DNA of 63,507 nucleotides, filler included, from Chiloscyllium plagiosum (taxonomy: Eukaryota), in NCBI RefSeq assembly GCF_004010195.1. It is 6 parts of 2 records of this genome, joined end to end, with 100 filler letters (N's around TTAATTAATTAA, not from the genome) between each part and the next. Parts side by side here need not be neighbours in the genome. Positions count along the whole stretch, not along the records: positions 43,318 to 53,222 come from NC_057715.1; positions 53,323 to 60,986 come from NC_057715.1; positions 61,087 to 63,507 come from NC_057716.1; 3 more parts are not named here. The stretch is one strand, 5' to 3'. The notes under the pieces are model-generated. The model had not been told where the DNA came from. It saw nothing but the letters and a program-made list of their open reading frames with translations, and did not search any database. Both the position numbers and the translations under genes were made by a program. Every line of letters begins with the position of its first letter. Position 1 is the stretch's first letter. This document shows positions 49,260 through 61,729 of the stretch, in pieces.

Positions 49260-52200
49260 TAGCAAGCCACTCAGTTGCATCAATACGAGAAAGTCACAGC
49301 AAAGAAATGAAAACAGACAGACCCCCTGGCATCGACCTTGGAATCGGAAAAGACAATGGCAAAAACACAAACAGCCCTGTCGACCATGTAAAGGCCTCCT
49401 TACCAATATCTGGGGACTAGTGTCGAAATTGGGAGAGCTGTTTCATAGACTAGTCAAGCAACAGCCTGATATAATCATTCTTACGGAATCATACCTTACA
49501 GATAACACCCTAAACCCACCATCACCATCCCTGGATATGTCCTGTCCCTATGGCAGGACAGACCCAGCAGGGGTGGCGGCACAGTGGTATACATTCGGGA
49601 GGGAGTTGCCCTGGGAGTCCTCGACTCCAGACCCCATAAAATCTCATGGCTACAGGTTAAACATGGGCAAGGAAACCTCCTGCTGATTGCATTGTACTGT
49701 CCTCTCTTGGCTGATGAGTCAGTACTCCTCCATGCTGAACAACACTTGGAGAAAGCACTGAGGGAGGCAAGGACACAAACTGTGTGGGGGATTTCACTGT
49801 CCATCACCAAGAGTGGCTCAGCAGCAGCATTATTGATCGAGCTGGTTGGGTCCTAAAGGATATAACTGCTAGGCTGGGTCTGCAGCAGATTGTGAAGGAA
49901 CCAAAAAGAGGAAAAAAACACACTTGACCACATCCTTACTAACCTGCTGGCTGCAGATGCATCTGTCCATGACAGTATCGGTAAAAAGTGACCATTACAC
50001 AGTCCTTGTGGAGACAAAGTCCCACTTTCACATTGAGAATAACCTCCATTCGACTTCAAACCAATCTATCAGCTCAAGACTGGGCATCCATGAGGTGCTG
50101 TGGGACATCAACAGCAGCAGAACTGTACTCCAGCACAATCTGTAACCTCCTGGCCTGGCATGTCCCCCACTTAACCATTACCATCAAGCCAGGGGATCAA
50201 CCCTGGTTCAGTGGAGAGTACAGGAGGGCATGCCAGGAGCAGCATCAGGCAGACCTAAAAATGAGGTGTCCACCTGGTTAAGTTACCAAATAGGACTACC
50301 TCCATGCGAAACGGCATAAACAGCAAGTGACAGACAGAGCTAAACGAGCCCACAACCAATGGATCAGATCTAAGCTCTGCAGTCCTTCTACATCCAGTGG
50401 TGAATGGTGGTGGACAATTAAACAGCTCAATGGAGGAGGCAGCTCCACAAATATCCACATCCTCAATGATAGAGGAACTCAGCACATCAGTGCAAAAGAC
50501 GAGGCTGATACATTTGCAACAATCTTCAGTCAGAAGTGCTGAGTGGATGATCCATCTCGGCTCCGCCAGTGGTCCCCAGCATCACAGATACCAGTCTCCA
50601 GCCAATTCGATTCACTCCACGTTATATCAGGAAATGACTGGAGGCACTGGACACTGCAAAGGCTATGGGCCCTGAGAACATTCTGGCAATAGCACTGAAG
50701 ACATGTGTTCCAGAACGTGCCACTCCCCTAGCCAAGCTCTTCCAATACAATTATAACACTGGCATTTACCTGACAGTATGGAAAATTGCCTAGGTATGTC
50801 CTGTACACAATAAGCAGGACAAATCCAACCCAGCCAATTACCACCCAATTAATCTACTCTCCATCATCAGTAAAGTGAAGAAAGGGGTCATCAACAGGGC
50901 TATCAAGCAGCACCAGCTCAGTGATGCCCAGTTTGGGTTCCCCCAGGGCCACTCAGCTCCTGATCTCATTACAGTGTTGGTTCAAACATGGACAAAAGAA
51001 TTGAATCCCAGAGGGGAGGGGAGAGGGACAGCCCTTGACATCAAGGCTGCATTTGACTGAGTGTGGCATCAAGGAGCCTGGGAAAAACTGAAATCAATGG
51101 GTATCGGGGGCAGAAACTCTGCTGGTTAGAGTCATACCTGGCACAAAGGAAGATGGCTGTGGTTGTGGAGGGTCAGTCGTCTCAGCTCCAGGACATCTCT
51201 GCAGGGGTTCCTTAGGGGAATGTCCTCCGCCCAACCATCTTCAGCTGCTTCATCAATGACCTTCCTTCTGTTATAAGGTCAGAAGTGGGGATGTTTGCTG
51301 ATGATTGCAGTGTTCAGCACCATTCGCAACTCCTCAGATACTGAAACAATGTGCTCAAATGCAACAAGATCTGGGCAATATCAAGGCTTGGGTCAACAAG
51401 TGGCGTTCATGCCTCACAAATGCCAGACAATGGGGCGGCACGGTGGCACAGTGGTTAGCACTGCTGCCTCACAGCGCCAGAGACCCGGGTTCAAATCCCG
51501 CCTCAGACGACTGACTGTGTGGAGTTTGCACGTTCTCCCCGTGTCTGCGTGGGTTTCCTCCGGGTGCTCCGGTTTCCTCCCACAGTCCAAAGATGTGCAG
51601 GTCAGGTGAATTGGCCATACTAAATTGCCTGTAGTGTTAGGTAAAGGGGTAAATGTAGGGGAATGGGTGGGTTACGCTTCGGCGGGTCGGTGTGGACTTG
51701 TTGGGCCGAAGGGCCTGTTTCCACACTGTAAGTAATCTAATCTAATCTAATCTAAACGATCATCACTAATAAAAGACACTCTAACCACTGTCCCATGACA
51801 TTTAACGGTACTACCATCTCTGAATCCCCCCACTGTCAACATCCTCATGGTTACTATTGACTAGAAACTTAACTGGACTCACCACATAAACACAGTGGCT
51901 ACAAGAGCAGGTCAGAGACTAGGGATACTGCGGCGAGTAACTCACCTCCTGATACCCAAAGTCTATCCACTATCTACAAGGCACACTTCTCTAGAAAGGT
52001 GCAGCTCCAACAACACTCAAGAAGCTTGACACCATCCAGGACAAAGCAAAACACTTGATTGGCACCACATCTACAAATACTCAATCCCTCACCACCAGTG
52101 CTGTGTTGCAGCAGTGTGTACCATCTACAAGATGCACTGCAGAAATTCACCAAAAATCCTTAGACAGCATCTTCCAAACCCACAACCACTTCCACCGAGA

Positions 52201-52460
52201 AGGACAAGGGCGGCAGGTACTTGGGAACACTGCCCACTGTAAGTTCCCCTCCAAGCCACTCACCACCCTGACTTGGAAATATATCACCATTCCTTCACAG
52301 TCATTGGGTCAAAATCCTGGAATTCCCTCCCTACCATCATTGTGGGTCAACCGACAGCAAGTGGACTGCAGCGATTCAAGAAGGCAGCTCACCCCCACCT
52401 TCTCAAAGGCAAATAGGAATGGGCTATCAATGCTGGCCAGCCAGATCCCACAAATGAATT
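49260..52460 (+). mobile_element. Decayed CR1/L2-group LINE ORF2 (endonuclease plus RT) with a nested HE1 SINE
   Basis: QQPDIIILTESYL, LLIALYCP, SDHYTV, DQPWF, QFGF, ALDIKAAFD, GVPxG and FADD remnants. Confidence 0.85.
51433..51755 (+). mobile_element. HE1-like V-SINE, full length
   Basis: Head gggcggcacggtggcacagtgg and (taatc)4 tail. Confidence 0.93.
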
Positions 52461-52708
52461 TATTTTAAATTCCCTCAGCAAAAATGGAGTCTTTCTTATT
52501 GACTGGAATAATTGAGAAGGATTAATGTCTCGATGTTCTGATGAAGAATAGCAGACTCAAAACATAAACTCTGCTTTCTCCCCACAGATGTTGCTAGACC
52601 TGCTGAGTTTCACCAGCAATTTCTGTTTTTATTTATGCAGTGGGTCCAGTTGATTTTCTGGTCAATGGTAACCCTCAGAATATTGTTAATGGATGATGCT
52701 TATTCATG

Positions 52709-52968
52709 ATTCGGAGATGCCGGTGTTGGACTGGGGTGGATAAAGTTGAAAATCACACAACACCAGGTTATAGTCCAACAGGTTTATTTGGAAACACTAG
52801 CTTTCGGAGCGCTGCTTCTTCATTAGGTGGTTGTGGAGTATAAGATTGTAAGACACAGAATTTACAACAAAAGTTTACATTGTGATGTAACTGAAATTAT
52901 ATATAGAAAAAGACTCGGATTGTTTGTTAAGTCTCTCATCTTTTAGAATGACCATGTTGGTTTCAGTT
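52709..52968 (-). mobile_element. PLE 3' terminal fragment (family of 30150-30240)
   Basis: ggtgttggactggggtgga tail and ttatagtccaacaggtttatttgga...ctttcggagcgctgcttcttcattagg. Confidence 0.75.
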
Positions 52969-53361
52969 AGAGTCATAGAGGTGGACAGCATGGAAACAGA
53001 CTCTTTGGTCTAACCCGTCCATGCCGGCCAGATATCCCAACCCAATCTAGTCCCACCTGCCAACACCCGGCCCATTTCCCTCCAAACCCTTCCTATTCAT
53101 ATACACATCCAAATGCCTCTTAAATGTTGCAATTGTACCAGCCTCCACCACTTCCTCTGGCAGCTCATTCCATACATGTATTACCCTCTGTGTGAAAACG
53201 TTGCCCCATAGGTCTCTTTTATNNNNNNNNNNNNNNNNNNNNNNNNNNNNNNNNNNNNNNNNNNNNTTAATTAATTAANNNNNNNNNNNNNNNNNNNNNN
53301 NNNNNNNNNNNNNNNNNNNNNNCCGACTTAGATAACCAGAGGGAAAGTAACACAAGGAGAA

Positions 53362-53394
<33 letters not shown>

Positions 53395-53678
53395 CAGACA
53401 GTCAGAGAGGGAATGAGAGGTAGGAGGAGAAAGAAAGGCCAGGGACAGACAGTGAGGCAGAGAGAGCAGAAGTCAAGGGAGTCAGAGCCAAATTTCACAA
53501 AAATCCTTTGATGTTGTGAGAGATTTGCTTTGGGTGACCTTTTAGAGTCAGGAGAAATGTCCTTGAGGCTGGTCACATGCCTCGTTGGAAGGGTGGACCT
53601 GTGCATGTGTGTGTTGGGGGAGGTGCTTGTCTGAGGGTGGGTGTTGATGGGGTAGCTGCCAGGGCCTGCAACTGTTTT

Positions 53679-54000
53679 GGGCGGCACGGTGGCACAGTGG
53701 TTAGCACTGCTGCCTCACAGCGCCAGAGATCCGGGTTCAATTCCCGCCTCCGGCGACTGACTGTGTGGAGTTTGCACGTTCTCCCCGTGTCTGCGTGGGT
53801 TTCCTCCGGGTGCTCCGGTTTCCTCCCACAGTCACAAAGATGTGCAGGTCAGGTTAATTGGCCATGCTAAATTGCCCGTAGTGTTAGGTAAGGGGTAAAT
53901 GTAGGGGTATGGGTGGGTTGCGCTTCGGCGGGTCGTTGTGGACTTGTTGGGCCGAAGGGCCTGTTTCCACACTGTAAGTAATCTAATCTAATCTAATCTA
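53679..54000 (+). mobile_element. HE1-like V-SINE, full length
   Basis: Near-identical to the other copies; (taatc)n tail. Confidence 0.93.
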
Positions 54001-54274
54001 TTTGAGGAAATTGGACCAATGCAGGAGAGTGGGTGAGATGTGCGAGGGGGTTGGGGCACAGTCAGTTGGCAGTGGAGGGAACTGTCTGTCGGGGTGGATG
54101 TTGTTGAGTGGTTGAGGGGAAACCTGTCCAGAGGCAGGGTGGAGGGTAGTTTCTGACATTGTGGGGGGACTGTGAATTGGTCAGAGAGGAGAGACACTGT
54201 CCTTTGGGGCGAAGAGTGCAGCACACTGAGATGTGCACCTGAAAGGAATGCAGCCAGTCTCCTTGTGCTATCAG

Positions 54275-55089
54275 GTAAAAACCCCTCCAACCATAACAAG
54301 GACAGAACGTCCCTGGCATTCACCTTCCACCCTACCAACCTTCGCATAAACCAAATCATCCGCCGTCATTTTCGCCACCTCCAAAAAGACCCCACCACCA
54401 GGGATATATTTCCCTCCCCACCCCTTTCCACCTTCCGCAAAGACCACTCTCTCCGTGACTACCTGGTCAGGTCCACGCTCCTTACAACCCACCCTCCCAT
54501 CCTGGCACCTTCCCCTGCCACCGCAGGAATTGCAAAACCTGCGCCCACATCTCCTCCCTCACCTCTATCCAAGGCCCTAAAGGAGCCTTCCACATCCATC
54601 AAAGTTTTACCTGCACATCCACCAATATCATTTATTGTATCCGTTGCTCCCGATGCGGTCTCCTCTACATTGGGGAGACTGGGCGCCTCCTAGCAGAGCG
54701 CTTTAGGGAACATCTCCGAGACACCCGCACCAATCAACCAAACCGCCCCGTGGCCCAACATTTCAACTCCCCCTCCCACTCTGCCGAGGACATGGAGGTC
54801 CTGGACCTCCTTCACTGCCGCTCCCTCTTGTCCTACCTGCCTATCTTCTTTTCCACCTATCCACTCCACTCTCCCCCCGCCCCCGACCTATCACCTTCAT
54901 CCCCTCCCCCACTCACCTATTGTACTCTATGCTACTTTCTCCCCACTCTCACCCTCCTCTCACTTATCTCTCCACGCTTCAGGCTCTCTGCCTTTATTCC
55001 TGATGAAGGGCTTTTGCCCGAAACATCGATTTTACTGCTCCTCAGATGCTGCCTGAACTGCTGTGCTCTTCCAGCACCACTAATCCAGA
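54275..55089 (+). mobile_element. Neptune-type PLE 3' fragment with GIY-YIG domain and hammerhead at 54996-55032
   Basis: Homologous to 17237-17894. Exact 15-bp TSD TCCTTGTGCTATCAG at 54260-54274 and 55090-55104. Confidence 0.92.
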
Positions 55090-55221
55090 TCCTTGTGCTA
55101 TCAGTTTTTGGTGGTCTGCAAGGAGCAATGGGGATGTAGAGAGTCACAGAAGGAGGTGGTACTCTATACCCTGGAGCGGCAGACAGACAGACTCCTGCCA
55201 AACAGCTATTCCCAATTTACT

Positions 55222-55625
55222 GTCATCATGGCAACCAACTCACCAGCAAAAAACCTAGTATATTTTTTTAAAATCTCTGAGTATCTGCTGAATGGCCACA
55301 GCTTCCTTTGGAAGATCAGACTGCAACTGGAATCTACATCTCCTGTGGAAGAGTTCCACAGCAGAACACTCAGCCACTGGCTCATTCCAGCATATAAACC
55401 CAATCGCATTTACTCCCAGCAACCTCACCCTAACACACAACTCAAACCCTTTGAGGATTTGGTTCTGTCCCAATGATCTATCAAAGCTGAATGAACATTT
55501 GCTGCACTTAAAGATTGCAACAGTAAGTTGAGCTTTTTATTCACGTTCAGGATCACAGTGGTACCTTGCATTATTTAAATAAACATTCTCACTTCCTGGG
55601 CCTCAGGCTGGGTCTCCATAGCAAC
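55222..55625. promoter_or_regulatory. Two candidate RFX X-box motifs (55222-55235 and 55612-55625)
   Basis: GTCATCATGGCAAC and GTCTCCATAGCAAC both fit RTHNYYWTRRNRAC and lie in non-repeat-looking DNA. Confidence 0.4.
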
Positions 55626-56444
55626 AGAAATCCTAGTTGTTTTGCACTCAAGGCCTAACACAGTGCTTTCTTTGAAAGTTACTGGTAAAGGGACCTCTTC
55701 TGAGTGACACTTTCTCCATCAATCTCCGAGTAACTCCACATTAAACATTCCTTGTCTCCTTCCCACTTCAGCTGCAATTAAACAGTTCTGTTTAAGTTGA
55801 GTTGATTTAACATGAAAAGAAACAAATAAAACTCAAGCAGGAACTCCAAACATTCTAGCCTCCTGTTTAGAATCTTTAATCATACACTTCGAACAGTATA
55901 CAACATGGAAAGATCAAATAGATGTGCCCATGGAACTTTCTGATCATGTGTACTTTGGGGGTTGGTTACAAATGAACTAACCCTGAGCCAGGTCTCTGAG
56001 TTAGTTGCAATCTCTATCACTGAGATTGGCCTTTGACCCCCTCCTTCCAAACCACATGACAGTGCAGGACTCAGTGACGGTAATGTCATTGAAGATCAAG
56101 GCATAAGATTCTCTCCTGTTGGCAGTGGTCATTACCTGGTCCTTGTGTTGCATGAGAATATTTAAGATAATTGAAGGTAACATCAATTTCCTCAAGATTC
56201 CTATTGACACACTTTGCTGTTTGTCAGGTGGATGTCTGTAACACTATTGACAGAAACTAAACTGGGCTGGCTATATAAATACAGCAACTACAAGAACAGC
56301 TCAGAGGCTAGGAATCCTGCAGCAAGTAACTCACCTCCTCAGTCAGGGGGGATGGGGAAGGGAAGGGAGAGGAGGGGAAGGGAAGGGGGTGTCAGTGTCC
56401 AGTACTGATTCACCTTCATTCTAACCTTCGGTAATAAAGCTAAT

Positions 56445-56751
56445 GGGCGGCAAGGTGGCTCAGTGGTTAGCACCGCTGCCTCACAGTGCCAGAGACCTGG
56501 GTTCAATTCCGGCCTCAGGCAACTGTCTGTGTGGAGTTTGCACATTCTCCCTGTGCCTGCGTGGGTTTCCTCCGGGTGCTCCAGTTTCTTCCCACAGTCC
56601 AAAAATGTGCAGGTCAGGTGAATTGGCCATGCTAAATTGTCCATAGTGTTATGTGTAGGGAAATGAGTCTGGGTGGGTTGCTCTTCGGCGGGTCGGTGTG
56701 GACTGGTAGGGCCGAAGGGCCTGTTTCCATGCTGTAAGTAATCTAATCTAA
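56445..56751 (+). mobile_element. HE1-like V-SINE
   Basis: Same head, V-domain and tail, slightly more diverged. Confidence 0.9.
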
Positions 56752-57139
56752 CGTTATCACAGTTTTGTTACTACAATGACTGCCTGGTTTCATTTTTAAA
56801 TTTTTAAAAGGTTTCCAGAGGCCACCTTAATCTCAAGTGGTGGAAGCAGAAATAGAAAGAAAATGGGAGAGTGACTTGAGGGAAATTAATGTGCATAGAA
56901 ACAGGGATAGAGCGGGAGTCACAGCAATAGAGAAGGGGAATGAGACTGATGGAAATATCAATAAACACCCAGCACAGGCTTGAGGGACTGAATAGCAGCA
57001 TCTCTGCCTAATGATTACAGGACTGTGTGATCACCTACGTGCAGCGTACACACAGGGGAGGTGGTGTCATAGTGATACTGTCACAGTGATGCTGTCACCA
57101 GACTGGCCATGCAGAGCCACAGCCTAATGTTCTGAAACC

Positions 57140-58650
57140 CACCTGTCTTTTCTCCATTCTTTGCACATTGTTTCTCCTTAAATAATCATCTGATGCCCTC
57201 TTGAACCTGTCTCCTTCACATTTCTAGGCAGTACATTCATCCACAAACTACTCGCTGAGTGAAAAAAACATTTCCCTCATTTCATCCTTGCTTTGTTTCC
57301 AAGACACTTTAAATTGGTGCCTTCTGGTTCTTGATCTGTTTACAATTTGGAACAGCTCATCCCTATCTGCTCTGTTCAGCTCACTCATGACTTTGAAGAC
57401 ATCTATCAAATTTTCCTTCAGCCTTCTCCTTTCTAAGGAGGACATTTCCAACTTCTTCAATCTGTCCTCATCACTGAAGCTTCTTATTCCTAGAACATTC
57501 TTGTAAATTGCTTTTGAACTTTTACCAATGCGTTCACATCTTTCCTATAGTTTCGCACCCACAGCTGGACACAACACTCCAGCTGAGGTCTAACAGGGGG
57601 CTTGTACAAGTTCACTATCACCTCCTCACTCTTGTACTCTATGTCCCTATTAATAAAGCTGAGGCCACTGCCTGCTTTATTAAACATATTCTCCACCTGT
57701 CCAGCGACCTTCAATGATCTGTGCACATATACACCCAGCTCCCTCTGCTCCTGCACCCTTTTTATAATTGTACCCCCTATTTTATATTGTCTTTCAAAGT
57801 TCTTCCAACCAAACTGCATCATGTAACACACTGTATTGACTCTCATCTGCCACCTATCCACCCACTGCAACAACTTTTCAATGTCCTTTTGGAGTTCCAC
57901 AATATCCTCCTCACAGATTACAATTCTTCCTCTTCAAACTTTGCAATTGACTCTTGTGCATCGAGAGTGTAGTGCTGGAAAAGCACAGCATGTCAGCATC
58001 CGAGGAGCAGGAGAATCAACAGTTCGGGCATAAACCCTTCATCTTGTGCATCAGAACCAGATAATTAATATATATCAGAAAAACCAAGGGTCCCATTACT
58101 CAATAAGGGAACTCCACTACAAACCTTCCTCCAGTCCAAAAACTATCCATTGACCATTACGCTCTGTTTCCTGTCACTCAGCCAATTTTGTATCCACGTA
58201 GCTACTGTCTCTTTTATACCATATCCTACAATTTTCTTCACAGGTCTATTATGTGGAACTGCGTCAAATGCTTTCTGGAAATCCATGTACACCACATCAA
58301 CAACATTGCCTGCCTACAACTACCCATAAATTCTTTCTGTTACTGCTTCAAAAACTCAAGAAAATTAATTGGATACAATTTTCTTGTTAGAATCCATGCT
58401 GATTTTCCTGAATTAATCCATGTGTCCATGTGCTTTTAATCATAACCTAATAATTGTTTCTTCACATTTCTCCATCACTGAAGTTAAATTGATCGATCTG
58501 GAAATTGCTGATCAAATCTTTACAATTTTTTTTGAATAAGGGTATAAAATATTTATTATTCTCCAGTATTTGGCATCTCTGGAGCCCAGGGAAGATTGAA
58601 AGATTATGGTCAGTGTGTCTGCAATTTCTGCTCTTCCTTCCTTCAATATC
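57140..58650 (-). mobile_element. Old CR1 RT fragment containing an 80-bp PLE terminus (57963-58041)
   Basis: RPQLECCVQLW remnant. The PLE piece is flanked by TSD tcttgtgcatc at 57952-57962 and 58042-58052. Confidence 0.8.
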
Positions 58651-61600
58651 CTTGCATCTACCATTGATGTTAGCTTGCTGCCAGTTGATTACTGTTATTC
58701 TGGGTTGACCAGTGTCATTTTTCACCATCATCCTAAATTTTATAATACGTGATCACTATCCTCTAAATGATTCCCCACTGTCACATGATCTACTTGATCC
58801 ACTTGGCTCACCTTATTCTCAAGATCGAAGTCTGGCAGTGCACCCTTCCTTGTTGGATAGGACACATCCTGTTGTAGGAGGTTCTTTTGAACACAATCTG
58901 AGAACACTTGTCCCTCTCTGCCATTTACACAATCAGTATCCCATAATATGTTTGTGTGCTTAAAGTCTCACATTATAAGAACATAAGAACGAGGAGCAGC
59001 AGTAGGCCTTCGAGCCTGCCCCGCCATTCAATAAGATCGTGGCTGATCTTTCCGTGGACTCAGCTCCATGAGAACTACTCTGTATTGCTAGCATTTATTT
59101 GTTATTTCTCTGCAGATTTGTTATTGGTCCTTCCCACTAGTCGGTGGGAAGGACCGACAAGATTACACTGAGCAATGGTATTTTATCCTTCATATTTCTT
59201 ATCTGTAGAAGAATTGATTCTATCCTTGAATCTAAAATGTCCTCCATATCCAGAACTGCAATTCTTCTGAACCAAGAACATCACCTTTTCTTTTAATTGA
59301 TTTTACTAGCTTTCCTAGTGCCTGGGAATATTTCACACCAGTCTTGCCCTTCCTTGTGCCAGGTTCCCATCATCATCAAAACATCATATTACATCGAACA
59401 TAGAAAAATACAGCGCAGTACAGGCCCTTTGGCCCTCGATGTTGCGCCAATCCAAGCCCACCTAACCTACACTAGCCCACTATCCTCCATATGCCTATCT
59501 AATGCCCGTTTAAATGCCCATAAAGAGGGAGAGTCCACCACCACTGAGTCGTGAGTTATTATCTCTCCATTTAGATAATAGCTTGCCTCTATATTACGCT
59601 GGGGAATTTGAATAACCTCACATTTATCCACTTTAATTTTCATTGTCTAATGTTTGCCCATTCACCCAACCTATCCATATAGTTTTTAAATCCGTTGCAT
59701 CATCCTTCAGAAGCAATTTCCCACCAATGTTAGTGTCATCTGAAATGTAGCTAAAGTATTTTCTATCCCGTCAACCAATGAATAATATTGATCGCAAATG
59801 GTTGAGGCATAAGAACTGAAATCTATGACACCCCACAAATGGCATTTTCCAAAAGGAAATGACACATTTATTCCAACTGACTGCATTTTGTTGGTTAACC
59901 AATCCTCCATCCAAGCTAATAAATTACTCCTAAACTCATTGTGTGATCTTACCACTTACTCGTTGTAGACGTTACATACCCGAATCCTTCATGAAGACCA
60001 GGTATATTCCATCTCCAGAATTCCCACTCTTCATCTTGTTTGTCACATCTTTAAATAACTCAAGAAAACACTTCAAACTTGATTTATCCTTTGTAAAATC
60101 ATGTTAACTCCGATGGAGTGTGGTTTAAGTTTGCAAATGTCCTCAAAAATGGATTCTAATTATTTGCCTTAAAATTCAATAGTTACAATTACAGTTACAA
60201 TTGTTACGTTTTACTCCCAGTGTATTCAGTTATTATAAGTTCTTCCCTTTCGAAAACGTTCACGTTGTCTTTGAATTCCTGTTTAATGGACAATAGGTTT
60301 TAACAGATCTGCTCCAATTGCTGTGCAAGTGGCATGTGTGGCTGAATGGACTCATCATCCTGCTGGTGTACAAAATCGATGGGATGAAGTATTTCTGGTG
60401 TTCCCATGTTGTCATCACCAAGGCCAGAATGACCTCCTCCTGTTGATGCGTTAGAAGGATGGGGGATTATTGAATTTTCCCGTTGCCGTGTACCATTTTG
60501 AGGAGCTGATGGGTCTTCTCATATTCCTCCATAATAGGTGGAGATACTGAACGGTCTCCTCATGTATCCCAGAGATGGTGCCAAGGGAGCGATTGGTCTT
60601 CTCTTGTTCCCATACAACAGACATGTGACTGAATTACCTTCTCCTTTCTCATGAAATAAGTCTCTGATAGTTAATATCCTATCCAATTCCCTTGCAACAG
60701 GCTCGGAGAGTCTGAATGGCCTCCTGTTATCCCAGTGTAACAAATCTCCAGTCATTGCAGGATCGCTTACAGATCCTCTGTTACGAACATGAAGTGGCTG
60801 AATGGATTGATCCTGTTGTTCTGTGACAGGATACTGGTGTCGCATGGCCTACTCTGGGGCCAGTGTTATAGATTCGAGGGGCTGATTGGCCTCCTCCTGT
60901 AAATATACATCAGGCTCCAGGGGCTGAACAGCCTCGTCCTATTCAAGTGTAACAGGGTCAAAGGCCTGAATATCCTTCTGTTGTTCNNNNNNNNNNNNNN
61001 NNNNNNNNNNNNNNNNNNNNNNNNNNNNNNTTAATTAATTAANNNNNNNNNNNNNNNNNNNNNNNNNNNNNNNNNNNNNNNNNNNNGTTGAAACTTTATT
61101 GCTGGAACAGCACAGCAGGTCAGGCAGCATCCAGGGAACAGGAGATTCGACGTTTCGGGCACAGGCCCTCTTACCAGAATGTTTCCTGGTATGGTAGGAA
61201 GATCGTATGAGGAAAGGTTGAGGCACTTGGGGTTGTTTTCATTGGAGAAAAGAAGGTTTAGGGGTGACTTGATAGAGGTGTACAAGATGATTAGGGGTTT
61301 AGATAGGGTTGACCGTGAGAACCTTTTTCCACGTATGGAGTCAGCTATAACAAGGGGGCATAGCTTTAAATTAAGGGTTGGTAGGTATAGGACAGATGTT
61401 AGGGGTAGGTTCTTTACTCAGCGAGTCGTGTGTTCGTGGAATGCCCTGCCAGTAGCAGTGGTGGACTCTCCCTTTTTATGGGCATTTAAGCGGGCATTGG
61501 ATAGGCATATGGAGGATAGTGGGCTAGTGTAGGTTAGGTGGGCTTGGATCGGCGCAACATCGAGGGCCGAAGGGCCTGTACTGCACTGTATTCTTCTATG

Positions 61601-61729
61601 TTCTATGTTCTATAAGGTAGATGCTTGCTACAGATACATCGAACCTGCTCTTGTAGCCACAGAATTTGTGCATTTAAGTTTCTGGTCAATGGTTTGCCGT
61701 AAGATGTTGTTGGTGGTGGAATGACAAAA

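Noticed and set aside
55093..55476. 127-aa plus-strand ORF
   Set aside because: It has no recognisable domain and no convincing splice boundaries.
60180..60986. Short minus-strand ORFs and an acceptor-like site near 60440
   Set aside because: No recognisable protein; the region contains decayed aggccattcagccc-type repeat remnants.
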